A stretch of 64,000 nt of DNA from Flaccisagitta enflata (lineage: Eukaryota). The notes beneath the pieces are model-generated. The model was not told where the DNA came from and searched no databases. It worked only from the letters and a program-made list of their open reading frames with translations. The stretch covers positions 22,134,001-22,198,000 of the forward strand of contig OZ231126.1 in the NCBI GenBank assembly GCA_965153355.1, written 5' to 3'. This document shows positions 27,079-41,497 of this stretch, in pieces (the first letter of the stretch is position 1; each line of letters starts with the position of its first letter). Both the position numbers and the translations under genes were made by a program.

Positions 27079-29833
27079 TTAAATCATACAGAAGTGAGAA
27101 TGATGAAACGTTCAAACGGCCTTAAACTTTGAATGGAAATAAGCACTAGAACTGAGCCAAGCGGCAGAGCAACCCAAAGAGACCAATTGACTGCCGAAGT
27201 AGATCAAGCTTCTTCTTACCATCTCAGTTTTTTCCTCTTCTTTAATGGCAGCACTTTGTACTGGAACGGTCGAATTTCTCACTAAATCAACCTATAAACG
27301 TTTTTTCCTCTTTCTCTGTCTCCATCGTTTGCCTCTGACTTCCTGTCTGTCTGTCTCTCTCTCTCTCTCTGGCTCTCTCCGTCTCTCTGGCTCTCTCCGT
27401 CTCTCTCTCTCTCTCTCTCTCTCTCATTCTCTTATTGCCTCCATATCCTCTTTTTTCTTGGCGAAAGGAAGAAAAGGAAGAGTGCTAAGGAGTCTCTGCT
27501 TTCAAAGCCTAAACGAGAAAGAAAATGGTCCGCGCATACAAATGGAAGGACCCCAGCGCGATGGGCATGATGGGTGAAACCTCTTCGGAGGGAAGGTGAG
27601 TACGACCGTCCAATGGTGGTAGCACCCTGCTGTAAAAGGTAGGCCGGAGGGAAGGTACAGTCGTCTGGTATAGGAAGAATTTGGTCTTTATGACTTTACG
27701 GGAGCAAAGGGTTGTATCAGCGGGAAGTGATGATCTGTGTTATGGTTATTTGTGGTGGTGATTTGAAAATCAGTAGGGGTGAACGATGATTATAGGCGCT
27801 CATGGTCAAGGCTTCTTGGAGTACAAGATAAGTGGTACTTACCGGCGTGCGTATGTTTGATGGTGGAAGTGACCGATGGTGGCTATCGTCGGTGGTGAAA
27901 AAAAGTGGGGATTGGGTATAGTAATCTGCGACTGTTAAGGAAGGTGGTTGTGGATTAAAGTGCCACAGAGAAAGCAAGTTTTATCATAACTTAGTTAGTT
28001 TGAACGCGGAAATCATGACATGACCATAATTTCTTGGTGGCAATATTGTTACGATCATGAAGAAATTTGATACATACATAACTCATAAGCCTTTATTCTT
28101 ATGCAACCAATCTCTATAATGGTATAGAGAATCTTCATGTATGAAAACGTCTTGTGAAAAAAAAAATTACTCTGGCAATAGAAAGGAAGATGAAGGCACT
28201 TGAAATAGATAAAAAAAAAGAATGGCTAAAATGGAGAGTAGAAGTCAGAGGTTAATGGTGGGACGAGAGTATGAAGCAGAAGCTGCTCTGAGCAGTTAGG
28301 AGCAGTTTGGAAGGGCGAAATAGTCCAAGGTGAGAATAACGAGAGAAGGAAGCTCAAAGGTCAAAGCCAAAGATGGACGAGACCAGACTCACTGCCCGAC
28401 GCCATTTGTGAAGCAAAAAGGATATGAGAATAAATGAATGAATGAATGAATGAATGAATGAATGAATGAATGAATGTGAATGAATGGATGAATGGATGAA
28501 TGGATGAAGGGATGAAAGGGTGGATGAATGAATGAATGTATGAATGAATGAATGAATCAATGAATGAATGAATGAATGAATGTATGAATGAATGAATGAA
28601 TGAATGAATGAATGAATAAATGTATGAATAAATGATTTGAATGGATGGATGGATGAATGAATGAATGCATTTATTGAATGAACGAGTACATGAAAAAATG
28701 AATTATTGAATGAGTGAAGGAGTTATATATATATGTCTTTTATTCGTTAGCACATCAATCCATCACTCAATCAATCCATCATAAATCATTCAAACAACCA
28801 ATCAATCAACATATCTTTGTATCAACTAACAATTAATTCAAGAACAGTACGAATGACTTAGTGGAGAAATTATTGACTGTATGGAGAAATGAATGAATGA
28901 ACGAATGAATGAATGAATGAATGAATGAATGAATGAATGAATGAATGAATGAATGAATGAATGAATGAATGAAAGAGCGAATGAATGAATGAATGAATGA
29001 ATAAATGAATGAATGAATGAGTGAATGAATGAATGAATGAATGAATGAATGAATGAATGAATGAATGAATGAATGAATCAATGAAAAAATATATGAATGA
29101 ATGAATGAATGAATGAATAAATAATGAAGGAATTAACGAAAGTATCGATGAAAGAATGAATGATTACATCAATAGGGAAAGAGAAATGGACAGTAAAGAT
29201 AGGTTAAGTGGCACGTACAGAAGAAAATGATTGTCTTAGTGGTATAGAAGAAAATTGGATAGACCGGAGAGAGGGAAGGAAAGACAGATAGAAGCGAGAA
29301 AGAAATAGGTTGGATGCCTTTGCATATAAATGAGCAGTTCTGTGATGACTCCACCCTCCATAAATCTAAAGTGCCCAATTACGCTAGTTTGAGACACTGC
29401 AACGGAGGAACGGGTGATCGTGAACACTTTCGCCCACCTTTTTCCGTTTTCCGTTTTCGTTCTATAAGAGACTTTCAGTAAACCAATCTATGGCAGGAAA
29501 GAAAATATTGTAAGAGAATATGAAAGAAATCAATGCTGTGAAAAAATTTTCGTTTCATCTATCACCTTCTTAGTGTTTTACATGATTCAATTAAAAACTT
29601 TATGATGACCATATTTCTGCGGTTTTGTGCACGCACAACATCGGTATAGTGAGCGAGACAAAATCTACTCTAATGTGACCATTTCCAAAAAGAAGATAAG
29701 TAGATTTGTAATCCACTCGTTCATCTAAGCTAAGTTGCCCCTTTTTGGTAGAGGCATCCAATTCTTTGTCAAAAGTTACAAAACCTAAAACTTCTTAAGC
29801 GTCGCGGCACAATTGCGCCTACAGTACCATTTC

Positions 29834-30401
29834 TTTTTAGTCGCGTGCTACGCGACTCTACACCCCGCTTTGTCCGTCGGTCGGTCGGTTGGTCGGTCGG
29901 TTGGTCGGTCGGTTGGTCCGTCACACTTTACTTTTTTTATTCGTTTTATTTGTACTAACTCATTTTAGGTCAATTGGGTTATTTATAGTCAAATTAGATC
30001 ATTTTAAGTCATTTTAAGTCATTTTAAGTCAGTTTAAGTCAATTTAAGTCATTTGAGTTATTTCAATAATTTTCATCATTTTTGAGATTTTAGGTCTGTT
30101 TAAGTCAATTTAGGTCAGTTTAATTCAATTTCAGTAATTCTAGGTCAATCAAATTTTTTTAAAGTCATTTTAAGTCGATTTAAGTCAATTTAAGTCATTA
30201 TAGTCACTAAATCATTTTAGTCATTTTAGGTCAATTTAAGTCAAATTAGGTCATTTTAAGTCATTTTAGGTCATTTTAGATCATTTTAAGTCATGTTACA
30301 TATATCAAATTCAATAAAAGTCATTTTAGTTATGTGGTTATGTAATAAGCTAATTACATATTTAAGTCTCGCACGCGACTTATAGGTGTTGGCCTTGTTT
30401 T
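29834..30401 (+). mobile_element. HINE-like family A copy with internal 10-bp (TTTTAAGTCA)n array
   Basis: 5' hairpin AGTCGCGTGCTACGCGACT, (GTCG)n, array, 3' GCACGCGACT and GTTGGCCTTGTTTT. Confidence 0.82.
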
Positions 30402-30421
30402 ATTATTTAAAGGCTTATGTC

Positions 30422-31990
30422 CTGGGCCGGAACAACCTTGTGCGGGGCCCTAGGCACTTCAGGTAGCGGGGCCCCCCACTAGATGCAAAATGCTGCCGCG
30501 TTGAAGATTCAAACTTTGAACTTTGAACTACGAACTTTGAACTTTTTTGTAATGCTTTATGTAAATAAGATAAAGCCATCGCTGTTTGATCAAGAATTCA
30601 AATTCTCAATGCAAAAGCATTATCGCTTTTGATCCTGTTCAAACCGAGTATGAAAGCACAACTAACTTGACCATTGCACAAGCAACTGGTCCAGAGTAAT
30701 AAAAAGCCACTTATAGAAATTTTTTTTTCAAGGTTCAGTGATGTAGAGCTTAACCTGAAAATCCAATGATTAAGAGAGCCATATTATTGAGAATCCATTA
30801 AATGGATATCATGGACCATCCCAATCAACAGATCTCAAGCATAAGCTTAAGCACCTTGAAATTCAAGGTTGTTTTGTAATAGAATAAAGCTGAAGCTCAT
30901 TTATAAGCATAGACATAATCAATGCAAAAGCATAAAAAAAAGACCATTGCACAAGCAAATGGCGTGAACAAGCAACTTTGGATCCTGTCCAAATTAAGTA
31001 TGAAAGCACAACTAATTTGACCATTGCACAAGCAAACGGTCCAGAGGAATAAAAACCACTTTGAAAATATTTTTTTATTCAAGGTTCAGTGGTGTAGAGC
31101 TTATTCTGAAACTCCAATGATTAAAACAGCCATGTTACTAAGAATCCATTGAGTGGATATCATAGACCATCCCAATCAAAAGAGCTCAAGCATAAGCTTG
31201 ATCTTGAAATTTAAGGCTTTTTTGTAAAAAAACAAAGCTGAAGCTTATTCATTGGCATACAGAATATTAATGCAAAAGCATCAGAAAAAAACATTGCACA
31301 AGCAAATGGCGTGCACAAGCAACTTTGATCATGTCATGAATATGCAAAATACTCATGCATATCATGTCTTAAATTTTTTTCAAGCACAGTTTAGTTCTCA
31401 ATTAAGAAAAAAATGATGCATGTCTTTAAAAAATAGGTCACAATTCCTTGTTGAGTACAAAACAGTTAAAAGCCTTAGTTGGTCTGCAGTCAAACTATAT
31501 TGCACAGGTAAAAAAAAACTGATTTTGAGAGCAACTGGTTGCATAGCTCTTCAGTTTACATAGGTCGTTTTCTTGCTTTCTCGAGGCAAATTTTTTCATG
31601 ATATCTTTTACCTCCATTTCATTCAACAGCTCATGCTTAATACTTAATAGAGTTAGGTAATTAAGTTTGTCTTGGCCAAGAGAAGTCCTTTGCTGATTTT
31701 TTACACATTTTGATTTTGAGAAAGACCCTTCACCACTACAATTAGTCACCATAAGGGACAGATATATGCGCAATACTATGTTGACATTGGGATAAGCGGA
31801 TTCTAGGACATTTTCTTTTATCAGTTTGTACATTTGTACCTCTTTATTCATTTTTTTATCCATACAAGCCCCCAAATCTGTTTTTAAATGGGCTGAAAAT
31901 TGAATCAGTTTTTCACTTAGGTGGTCTTCGAGATTTTCAGGGTATGCCATGACTAAGCTTTGGGAATATTTTTCAATCTTCGTTTTTAGC
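30422..31990 (-). mobile_element. hAT (Tip100/ZMYM1-like) transposon relic with transposase C-terminal dimerisation domain at 31495-31950
   Basis: AYPNVNIVLRIYLSLMVTNCSGEGSFSKSKCVKNQQRTSLGQDKLNYLTLLSIKHE matches the hATC motif (ERSFS.L..IK..LRS.M...RL). GC-rich GGGCCGG...GGGGCCC terminus near 30422; a ~350-bp tandem duplication lies at 30630-31330. Confidence 0.85.
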
Positions 31991-32691
31991 TCCTTCCAGA
32001 TTTTTCAAAAAACCAAAAAGATTGCTCAGTTTTTAGTCGCGTGCAAGTGCCTCTACAACCCGCTTTGTCCGTCGGTCGGTTGGGAGAGTCTTCATGCGTT
32101 TGTAGCTAACATTTATTTGAAAATGTTTGAAAACCAATACTCAATGACTTATTGAACCTCGTATAAAAGACGTATATACAATACTGGATATCTAATATAT
32201 TCCAGATGTTTTATTGAAGTTTATTCATACATTAAAATAATCAACCACTATTTTGTCTCCATACTTTTGCCCTAGATAGTATAGCCTATCATTAAAAAAA
32301 GATCAACCAAATCTAGAATTCAAATGCCAAAATCTCAAAAAATGTGCTCCCTGTTGCTCTCCCAAAATCATAAAGAATATAACGCCCAGCTGCACACAGC
32401 TCGGCCCCAAGTTAGGGGTACACTTGAATTAGGCACGCGTGAATGGTGCAACTAGGGGAAGTGTTCTTTCCCTTTTCTTCCTTCTCCTGCTCCGCCCTCA
32501 CACTTTGGGTCAATTTATGTTTCGATTGACAAAACTGATGATGATGCATTCTCCTGTCTACGTCTATCTCTGCATCAATGGGAAATTATTTTTTTTATAA
32601 CTTTGTAGTTTGTTCTATGAATTATGAATGATTTTAAATGAATTTCTCTGACATAAAACTTTTTTTTTGGTGTCTATTAGATACTGTCTAA

Positions 32692-33279
32692 CACTACTGT
32701 CGGACGACGAGGTGAGATTGACATTACAAAGTGCTGCAGCCTGCCAAGCTCATATGAGTACAATACAAGACCGAGTGCTGCTTTTTGAAAAATCGATTTT
32801 CAAAATCAGAAAAAATAAGACCCATTGTCAGTACAGATTCTACTGTGAAGCGCTGACTCAATTCTTAATTCCATATTGTTAATCTAGGCAAAATTCCCTT
32901 TCATTTGATAGGTCGCACTCTATACTTTTGCAAAAATTTAAATTTTCATTTTCTGAGTCACCGTTGCAAAAAAGTAACGGTGGCTCAAATTATGAAAACT
33001 TTATTTCTGGATAAAACCATATAGTGTGACCTATCAAATGAAAGGAAATTTTGCCTAGAATAACAATATGGAATCAAAAAATGAGTCAATACAACTCACA
33101 AGAATCTGTATTACCACCACCTTTCCTGTAGGTGAAAAATCGATTTTTTTTCAAAAAGCGCTCCAGGAAAGATTTCCCTCTCGATGATTCTTGTATTGTA
33201 CACACATGAGCTTGGCAAAACTGCGGAAAAACCCAATGTAATGTCAATCTCACCCTGGATTGGACGTCAGACAGTAGTG
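32692..33279. mobile_element. Palindromic MITE with CAC...GTG ends and 4-bp TSD (Chapaev/CMC-like, or piggyBac-like)
   Basis: CTAA|CACTACTGTC ... GACAGTAGTG|CTAA; GGTGAGATTGACATTACA and TTCATTTGATAGGTC arms pair across the element. Confidence 0.82.
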
Positions 33280-33804
33280 CTAAGCTTGACGCCACAGTCA
33301 ACATGTCCTTTCCAACTGCCTACGTAGACTTAACAAGGCCACATACATGGCTACCCGAGTCGCGCCCGGATGGGCAAAGCATTTGGGCAGGGGCACTTAC
33401 TCAAAAATGCCTTTTTACGTCCAAAAAGTTAAATGTGATCGACTAACACGACCAATAGACAGACCCACCAAAGAAGCGACCAACTGACCGACCAACCGAT
33501 CAACCGACAAAGGTGGTTACAGAATCGCTTACGCGGGACTAAGATCATGCCATCTGGTCTCAATGCAAGATGGCATTCTCTGGGATGCACATTACAAAAT
33601 CATCCCAGAGTGGTTGTCACGTCAGGTGGGAAAGGAACAGGGACTGAAATATTCATAAGAATCGTGATGAGTAGAATTAGTGCTCCTTCTTGGTATGCAC
33701 GGATTAGGAGAAAGAGGACAAGTTTGTTGAAAGGTGTCTCATTTGTTGTCTGTCTGTCTGTCTGTCCATCTCCTTCCCGTCCCCACATATTTGTCTGTCA
33801 GTCC

Positions 33805-33898
<94 letters not shown>

Positions 33899-35745
33899 GA
33901 TTGCTTTATGCATCGTTTTAGAATGGAGTTGCGTAGAGTGGGAAAATCAGAAAATCTTGGATCCGACAGAAATAAGAATGTGGGTGCTTTTCGTAATGAC
34001 ATCTATTTTGACATATGACTGAACTATGTGAATCGCGTTAAGGAATTTACTTCATTAGCACTCAGTTCTTTTATCTTTTTTTTATTTAATATAAAATTCA
34101 TTTAAAATTTTTAGTTGCGTGCTACGCAACTCAACACCCTGCTTTTTAAGCAATTTACTTCATTAGCACTCAGTTTTTTTATTTTCTTTATTTAATATAA
34201 AATTCATTTGAAATTTCTAGTTACGTGCTACGCAACTCAACACCCCGCTTTGTCGGTCCGTCCATCTGTCCGTCCATCCATCCTTCTGTCCGTCCCTCCG
34301 TCCGTCCGTCCGTCCGTCCGTCTGTCCGTCCATCCGTCACACTTTACTCTTATGGGTTTTTGCGGTCTCTGGCCTCACTGCTTCTGCCCGAATGATAAAA
34401 TGACCTCAAATGCCCCCTGCCCACCTGTAGGCGATGGGGGTAGCCGTTTTCCGGCCTTGTTTGTTTATACTGGGTTTTGTCACATATTGTTTTTAGTGCA
34501 CGCAAACCTGCTTTATCCCTCCATCCGTCAGTCCGTAAAACTTCACTTTTTTCATCACTTTAAGTCATTTTTAGTCCTTCTAGGTCATTCTAAGTCATCT
34601 AAAGTTATTCTAACTCATTCTAAGTCATTTTAAATCATGTTAAATTATATTAAGTCAGTTAACTCCATTTTGTCAGTAAGGTCATTTTCTGTTTTTTTAT
34701 GACCTTTGAAATCAATCAATTTATTCATTTCAAGTCATCTTGAGTCAATTAAAGTCAATTCAAGTCATCCTTAGTTATTTATGTCCTGCATGCAACTTAT
34801 AGGTATTGGCGTTGTTATTTCAAATACTGTATTTTAATGTGTCTTTGCCTCATATTGATACCTTCTTTTATGTTTTCTTTATTAAACATCAGCTTATTTT
34901 TATTTTTGTATTAGTGACTGAAACTGTTTTTTTTTTGATAAGTTGGTTCATAAGCATTAATCAAAAAATGAGTATTTCAGATGTTTGTGTGTGTAAGAAG
35001 AGGGAGGGTTTTTTTAATTATTTTTTTTTTTTACAAATTAAGATTTTTTTATATAAGATTTTTTTATATGAAATAAAAAAGATTTAAATGATTTCCTCTT
35101 TAAGTTAAAGACAACAAATTCCCTCTTTTATTTTTCGTCATTCATTGAAGTTTAAGGTAATAACTTTATTTGATGACACAAAGTGTCTTGAATCTAAAAT
35201 TGAACCAGAGGAAAGCAGTGAAATCAGAAATTCCAATACTTTAGAAATAATTTAACATTTCTACTGTACTTGTTTTACAGGACCTGCTGTTCACATGTGT
35301 GCCGAGTGTCACTGGTTTGGATAGATGATCGGTTTGGTCATAGAACACAGGTCTCTTTCTCCACCGCCGTTTTTGCCACTCATATGTTAAGGAATGAAAT
35401 TATAGATTCTGTCCTCATGCAGGAGCTAAAAAAAGCGCCATGCTTCATAGCTAAGTATTGGAGAAAAGGCAACCTAATTCGAGCAACGATCACTATCATA
35501 TTATATAAATGTCTTTGTCTGTTCTCTTTTTACATTTTTAGTTGCGTGCTGCGCGACTCTACAAGTAACTTTTTGGTTGGTCGGTCCGTCGGTCAGTCCG
35601 TTGGTCGGTCCATCACAAAACTGTTTTAAAGGTTTTTTAAAGTGTTTTTTATGTCTCTGAATGGTAGAAAAGAAACTTTGTGGGGTAAATGGCCATTTCA
35701 GATATCTTTTTTTTTTAAATTGTTTGTCTGTCTGTCGGCCTTACT

Positions 35746-36476
35746 TTTTTGGGCAGCGGCCCCGAAGGGGCCGATGACCTATGCTTTCACACAGGAGAAA
35801 TTTCTCCTCCTTCTTCTCCTCCTCCTTCTTCTTATCCGTCCACCCCCTTTGAAGCTCATATTCTAGCCTTGAGGCTCACATCCTAACCTATCGGCCCAAA
35901 TCCTAGTCTCAAGGCCCAAATTCTAGCCTCAAGGCCCAAATCCTAGTCTCAAGGCTCAAATCCTAGCCTTGAGGCTCAAATCCCAACCTCAAGGTTCAAA
36001 TCCCAACCTCAAGGCTCAAATCCCAACCTCAAGGCTCACATCCCAACCTTGAGGCTCAAATCCTAGCCTAGAAGCTTCAAATCCCAGCTCGAGGCTCAGC
36101 ATCCCAGCCCCGAGGCTCAAATCCTAAACTTGAAGCTCAAATCTCAGCCTCAAGGCTCAAATCCTAGCTTCAAGGCTGAAATCCTAACTTTGAGGCTCAA
36201 ATCTCAGCCTTGAGGCTCAAATCCCAGCCAAAGACCAAAGACTCACATCCCGACCTCGAGGCTCAAATCCCACCCTCGAGGCTCAAATCCCTAATCCCAA
36301 CCTCGAGGCTAAAATCCCATTATTGATGCTCACTTTCAACCCTAGATCATAAAAAATCACAAAGCATAGGTCATCGGCCCCTTTGGGGCTGCTGCCCCTC
36401 TCACCATCACACATCTACATATACTCACAAAGGGGCAACGGGTACCGCTGACCATCTAACGCTTTTGCGACTATTT
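35746..36476 (+). mobile_element. Family-B element with subterminal IRs and 20-bp array (AAGGCTCAAATCCCAACCTC)n
   Basis: TTTTTGGGCAGCGGCCCCGAAGGGGCCGATGACCTATGC ... GCATAGGTCATCGGCCCCTTTGGGGCTGCTGCCC, then GGGGCAACGGGTACCGCTGACCA tail. Confidence 0.85.
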
Positions 36477-36662
36477 GAAAATGCCGACGCACGCGACTGA
36501 GGTCTAATGACCTTGTTTCCTTTGGCTTTATGATAGAAACTGTCGCTCACTTCCGTAACCCCTAGCGTTTAGGCTCAATCTCTCCCTGTTTGTTACTGTC
36601 TGTCTCTGTGTCTGTCTCTGTCTCTGTCTCTGTCTCTGTCTGCAGCTGTCGCTGTCACTGTT

Positions 36663-36758
<96 letters not shown>

Positions 36759-37736
36759 TCCGACACGCTCACGCACACTAGTCTCCCTTCTGCATGCAAG
36801 ATTCCATCAATAATTCATCTTGATGAATAAATGTACGAATTCGGATTTTTCTTTCTTCTTCTACGCCATTTTTCCTCCGTTGCTACACTCTACAAAATAT
36901 CGAATGAGAGAGAGAGAGAGGGAGACTGACAGAACAAAAAAAAGTAGATTAAGGTGACGTGGATGGTGAACACTTGATAACGGCGTTTATGGCGCGTTTA
37001 TGGCAAAGATAACAACAACGTCGTTTAAGATTAGCAGGAAAAATGGACTGGTAGTGACGGATTATAAGTGATGCCATCGGTGATGGTGATGATCTGATGC
37101 CTAATGTGATATCAATGTTAAGTAGGTCGTCAACGAATCAATAAACTATTGAGGTAATTAATAAATAAGGCCGGATACACGGCGCGGCTACCTTAGTCGC
37201 GTGCGGGTGGGCAGGGACGGCGAAAAAAAGCGAAGTATGACAGACCGACCGACCGACCGACACACAGACAGATGGACAGAGCAGGTTGTAGAGTCGCGTG
37301 CACGCGACTAAAAACTAATTTTTGAATGAATGAATGAATGAATGAATGAATGAATGAATGAATGAATGAATGAATGAATGAATGAATGAATGAATGAATG
37401 AATGAATGAATGAATGGATGAGTGAATGAATGAATGAATGAATGAATGAATGAATGAATGAATGAATGAATGAATGAATGAATGAATGAATGAATGAATG
37501 AATGAATGAAAAAATGAATGAAACAATGAATGAATGAATGAATGAATGAATGAATGAATGAATGAATGAATGAATGAATGAAGGAATGAATGAAACAATG
37601 AATAAAACAATGAATGAATGAATGAATGAATGAATGAATGAATGAATGAATGAATGAATGAATGAATGAATGAATGAGAAAAGAAATGAATGAATGAATG
37701 AAGGAATGAATGAATGAATGAATGAATGAATGAATG

Positions 37737-39566
37737 AACAAGGCCAACACCTATAAGTCGCGTGCAGGACAAAATAACTGAACTGACCTGACTTTTTATT
37801 GTATCTTTATCGAAAATCAGATTCTACCCCAGACCCAAACCAGACTCAAACCAGACTCAAACCAGATTTAAACCAAACCAAAACCAGACCAAAACCAGAC
37901 CGAAACCAGACCTAAACCAGACATAAACCAGACCTAAACCAGACCTAAACCAGACATGAACCAGACTTAATCCATACTTAAACCAGACTTAAACCAGACT
38001 TAAACCAGACTCGAACCAGACTCAAACCAGACTCCAAACCATACTTAAACCAGACTATACCATAAATAAACCAGACTTAAACCAGACTTAAACCAAGACT
38101 TAAACCAGACTTAAACCAGAATTAAACCAGACTTTAACTAGACTTAAACCAGACTTAAACCAGACTTAAACCAGAATTAAAAACCAGACTTAAACTGAAT
38201 CTAACCAACAGACTTAAACCAGCAGACTTTAAACCAGCAGACTTAAACCAGCAGAATTAAACCAGACCTAAACCAGCAGACTTAAACCAGCAGACTTAAA
38301 CCAGCAGACTTAAACCAGCAGACTTAAACCAGCAGACTTAAACCAGCAGACTTAAACCAGCAAGCTTGAACCAGCAGACTTAAACCAGCAGACTTAAACC
38401 AGCAGACTTAAACCAGCAGACTTAAACCAGCAGAATTAAACCAGCCAACTTAAACCAGCGGATTTAAACCAGCAGACTTAAACCAGCAGACTTAACCAGC
38501 AGACCTAAACCAACAGACCTAAATCAGCCATCTCAAATAGCTAACCTAAACCAGCCGACCTAAACCAGCCAACTTAAACCAGCAGACAAAACCAGTGGAC
38601 TTAAACCAGCAGACTTTAACCAGCAGACTTAAACCAGCAGACCTAAACCAGCAGACCTTATCAGCAGACTTAAACCAACAGACTTAAACCAGCAGACTTA
38701 AACCAGCAGACTTGAAATGCCACATTTGACCAAAACATACCAAAAAACAAAAATGACCAAAACATACCAAAAAACCTAGATGACCAAAAAAAAATAAAAA
38801 AAAAAACAAAAACAAAAATACAAAAAACAAAAAACCCTAAAACCCAAAACCAAAAAAACCAAAAAACCAAAAAACCAAAAAAACAAAAAAAAAAACCAAA
38901 AACCAAAAACCAAAAAACATAAAAGACCAAAACATACCAAAAAACCATGTTAGATGACCAAAAATGACCTGAAATCTTCCAAAATGACTTAAAATGCCCA
39001 AAAAACACACAAATGACTTAAATTAACAAACTGACGTAAATGATCAAAAATGACCAAAAATGATGAAAATGACCGAAATGACCAAAAGCAACCAAAAATG
39101 ACCAAAAACAACAACATAATGACTCAAAATAACTCCAGAAGACCCAAATTGATCAAAAACAACGCAAAAAAGCAAAGTGTTACTAAAAACTACAAAAGCC
39201 AAAAATAACTTAGAGTGACTGAGAATGACTTGGAATGACTTGGAATGACTTATAATGACTTTGAATGACTTAGAATAACTTAGAATGACTAAGAATGACT
39301 AAAATGTGACTCATAATAACATAAAATGACAAAAATGACAAAAAATGACAAAATGACTTAAGTGACTAAAATTAACTGAAAATGACTGAAAATGACTTAA
39401 AATGACATAAAATGACTTAAAATGACAAAAAATACCCTAAAATGATGTAAAACGACGAAAAAAAGCTAAGTGTTACGGACGGACGGACCGACAGACGGAC
39501 CGACGGACCGACGGACCGACGGACCGACAGAGCGGGTTATAGAGTCGCGTGCACGCGACTAAAAAA
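37737..39566 (-). mobile_element. Family-A copy expanded to 1.8 kb by internal 11-bp, 14-bp and 10-bp tandem arrays
   Basis: Ends AACAAGGCCAACACCTATAAGTCGCGTGCA and AGAGTCGCGTGCACGCGACTAAAAAA; arrays (AAACCAGACTT)n, (AAACCAGCAGACTT)n and (AATGACTTAA/G)n lie between them. Confidence 0.85.
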
Positions 39567-41119
39567 CTGTCTACATGGCGAAAAATACTTCAATGTCCTT
39601 CCCTTACCAACCTGGACTATAATGAAAATGTCAACCACTCGACCTTTTTTAAGTGGCTGATACACGGTGAACAAGCTCAAGTGGGGGAAAGTAAAAGCTC
39701 TAGCTTCCAAAACTGCCAAAGTATCACATTTCATCTTTTGCTGTGTTGTAGAAAATTACCTGACATTTCATATGAGTTAAAGCTGAGGTTATTAGCTCAA
39801 ATACTTTAGAGGATACATTAAAATCTTTAAAATGTCCAAAACTAGGAATGGCCCAAAAACAACTTTCAAACTTGAGTACTTTGAAACTGGTAAATAGTGC
39901 TGTTTCATTCTTTCATCAATTATTGAACCAAATGTTGCATTCTTGGTTTCTACCTGAAGCACCATGAATGCCTTTTAGGTTTTTTTTATCCAACTTGATA
40001 TAGTCATGCCATTTTCTTCTCCGCAACTTGAGTTAGATTGAGAATCAATGAGCAATTTTTTGAGGTTTGAGAGGAACCCTCACATTTTTGGTCTTATCTT
40101 TTTAACCGTTTCAGTTTCTCTTTTTTGACCAACCAAAGCAAGAGGAACAAACGTCAGGCAGTTCCTTACAAGGAACAACTTTCAAATTATGAATATCTTA
40201 AGTTGTTTAGGCGTAATTAGCTTTTACTTTCCCCCATTTGAGGTTGTTCACTTGAAAAAAAAGAATATGTACTAATGATAACGTCAACGACGATATCAAT
40301 ACGTTGATGATTAATCATGGCACCGTTCCAACATTCAAACACAGCAAAAGAGAACCTTTTATAGTGACCGATAAATTCTATCTGTATTTGAACGGAATGC
40401 TGGTTTAGCCAGACAAGAAAATGAATCAGCTTGAACCCAAGGATTTATTTGTGTTCCTCGCGGAATTACGTTGATCGCTAGTCCGTTTGAGTAGGGCTCT
40501 ACTGTAAACTTTTTTTCTTGCACCTTTTACCATCATCACGAGGGATTATGCGATGTTCCCACCTTCTTTCAACCAATCATGTCAGCGTTCTTTATTCCCT
40601 TTGGTCTTTGCCAACTGGTCAAATTTCACCTTGGCCTCGTCACCAATTGGTTTAAATCAAGGCCAGATACTCGGCCACCTTAGTCGAATATGGATGATGG
40701 GCGGGCAGGGGCAGTGATGAAGATGTCTACTTTGGCGGGGGCAGTATCGCCAAAGACGCAATTTAACAACAAATGTGACCGACTGACAGACCGAGCAACA
40801 GACGGACCTATAGGGTGACGTCACTGAAAAGGACGCGACGTCGGACAGAAATTTGCATTTAAACAGATGGCAGATTCGTCGCTTTTTGACCTTGGAGCAA
40901 GAGTAGACAAGCTAAGTCGCGAGGAACAGCAGAAATGGTGATGACCAGATTGCGCAAATGGCGATGACTTGCTTGCCAAAAAGGTGTCGACAAAATTGCA
41001 CAGAAGGCGATGACTTGCTCGCAGAAATGGTGATGACATGATGTATTTGGGTTTTTTCCTTGTTTCGTTTTGTTTTGTTTTATGTTCCTTATTCTCCGTT
41101 TAAGACTCATACTTCAACT

Positions 41120-41497
41120 TCAACCTGGATTTACCATTCATATACATGAAACTGGAAAACCGTTTATAGACTAGAAAGACCAAATAAGCTTATAGAATCA
41201 GAATTTAACCTGGAGTCATATACTTTAACTCTGACCTAGACAAACCCTTCATAGAGTTGGTCTTTGACCAGGATTAATCATTCATAGACTGAGTCATTGA
41301 CTTGGATTAACTAGTTATGGACTCTCTCCGTGACCTGGACAAAACACTCCTAGACTCAGACATTGACCTGGATAAGCCATTGGCAGAGACGGACTTTGAC
41401 CAGGATTAGCCATTCTTAGACTCGAGCTTTGACCTGCATAGGCCATTCATAGACTCGGGCTTTGACCTAGATTAGCCATTCATAGACTTGGACTTAG
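41120..41497. repeat. Degenerate ~33-bp tandem repeat (TTGACCTGGATTAGCCATTCATAGACTC...)
   Basis: Motif recurs roughly ten times. Confidence 0.7.
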
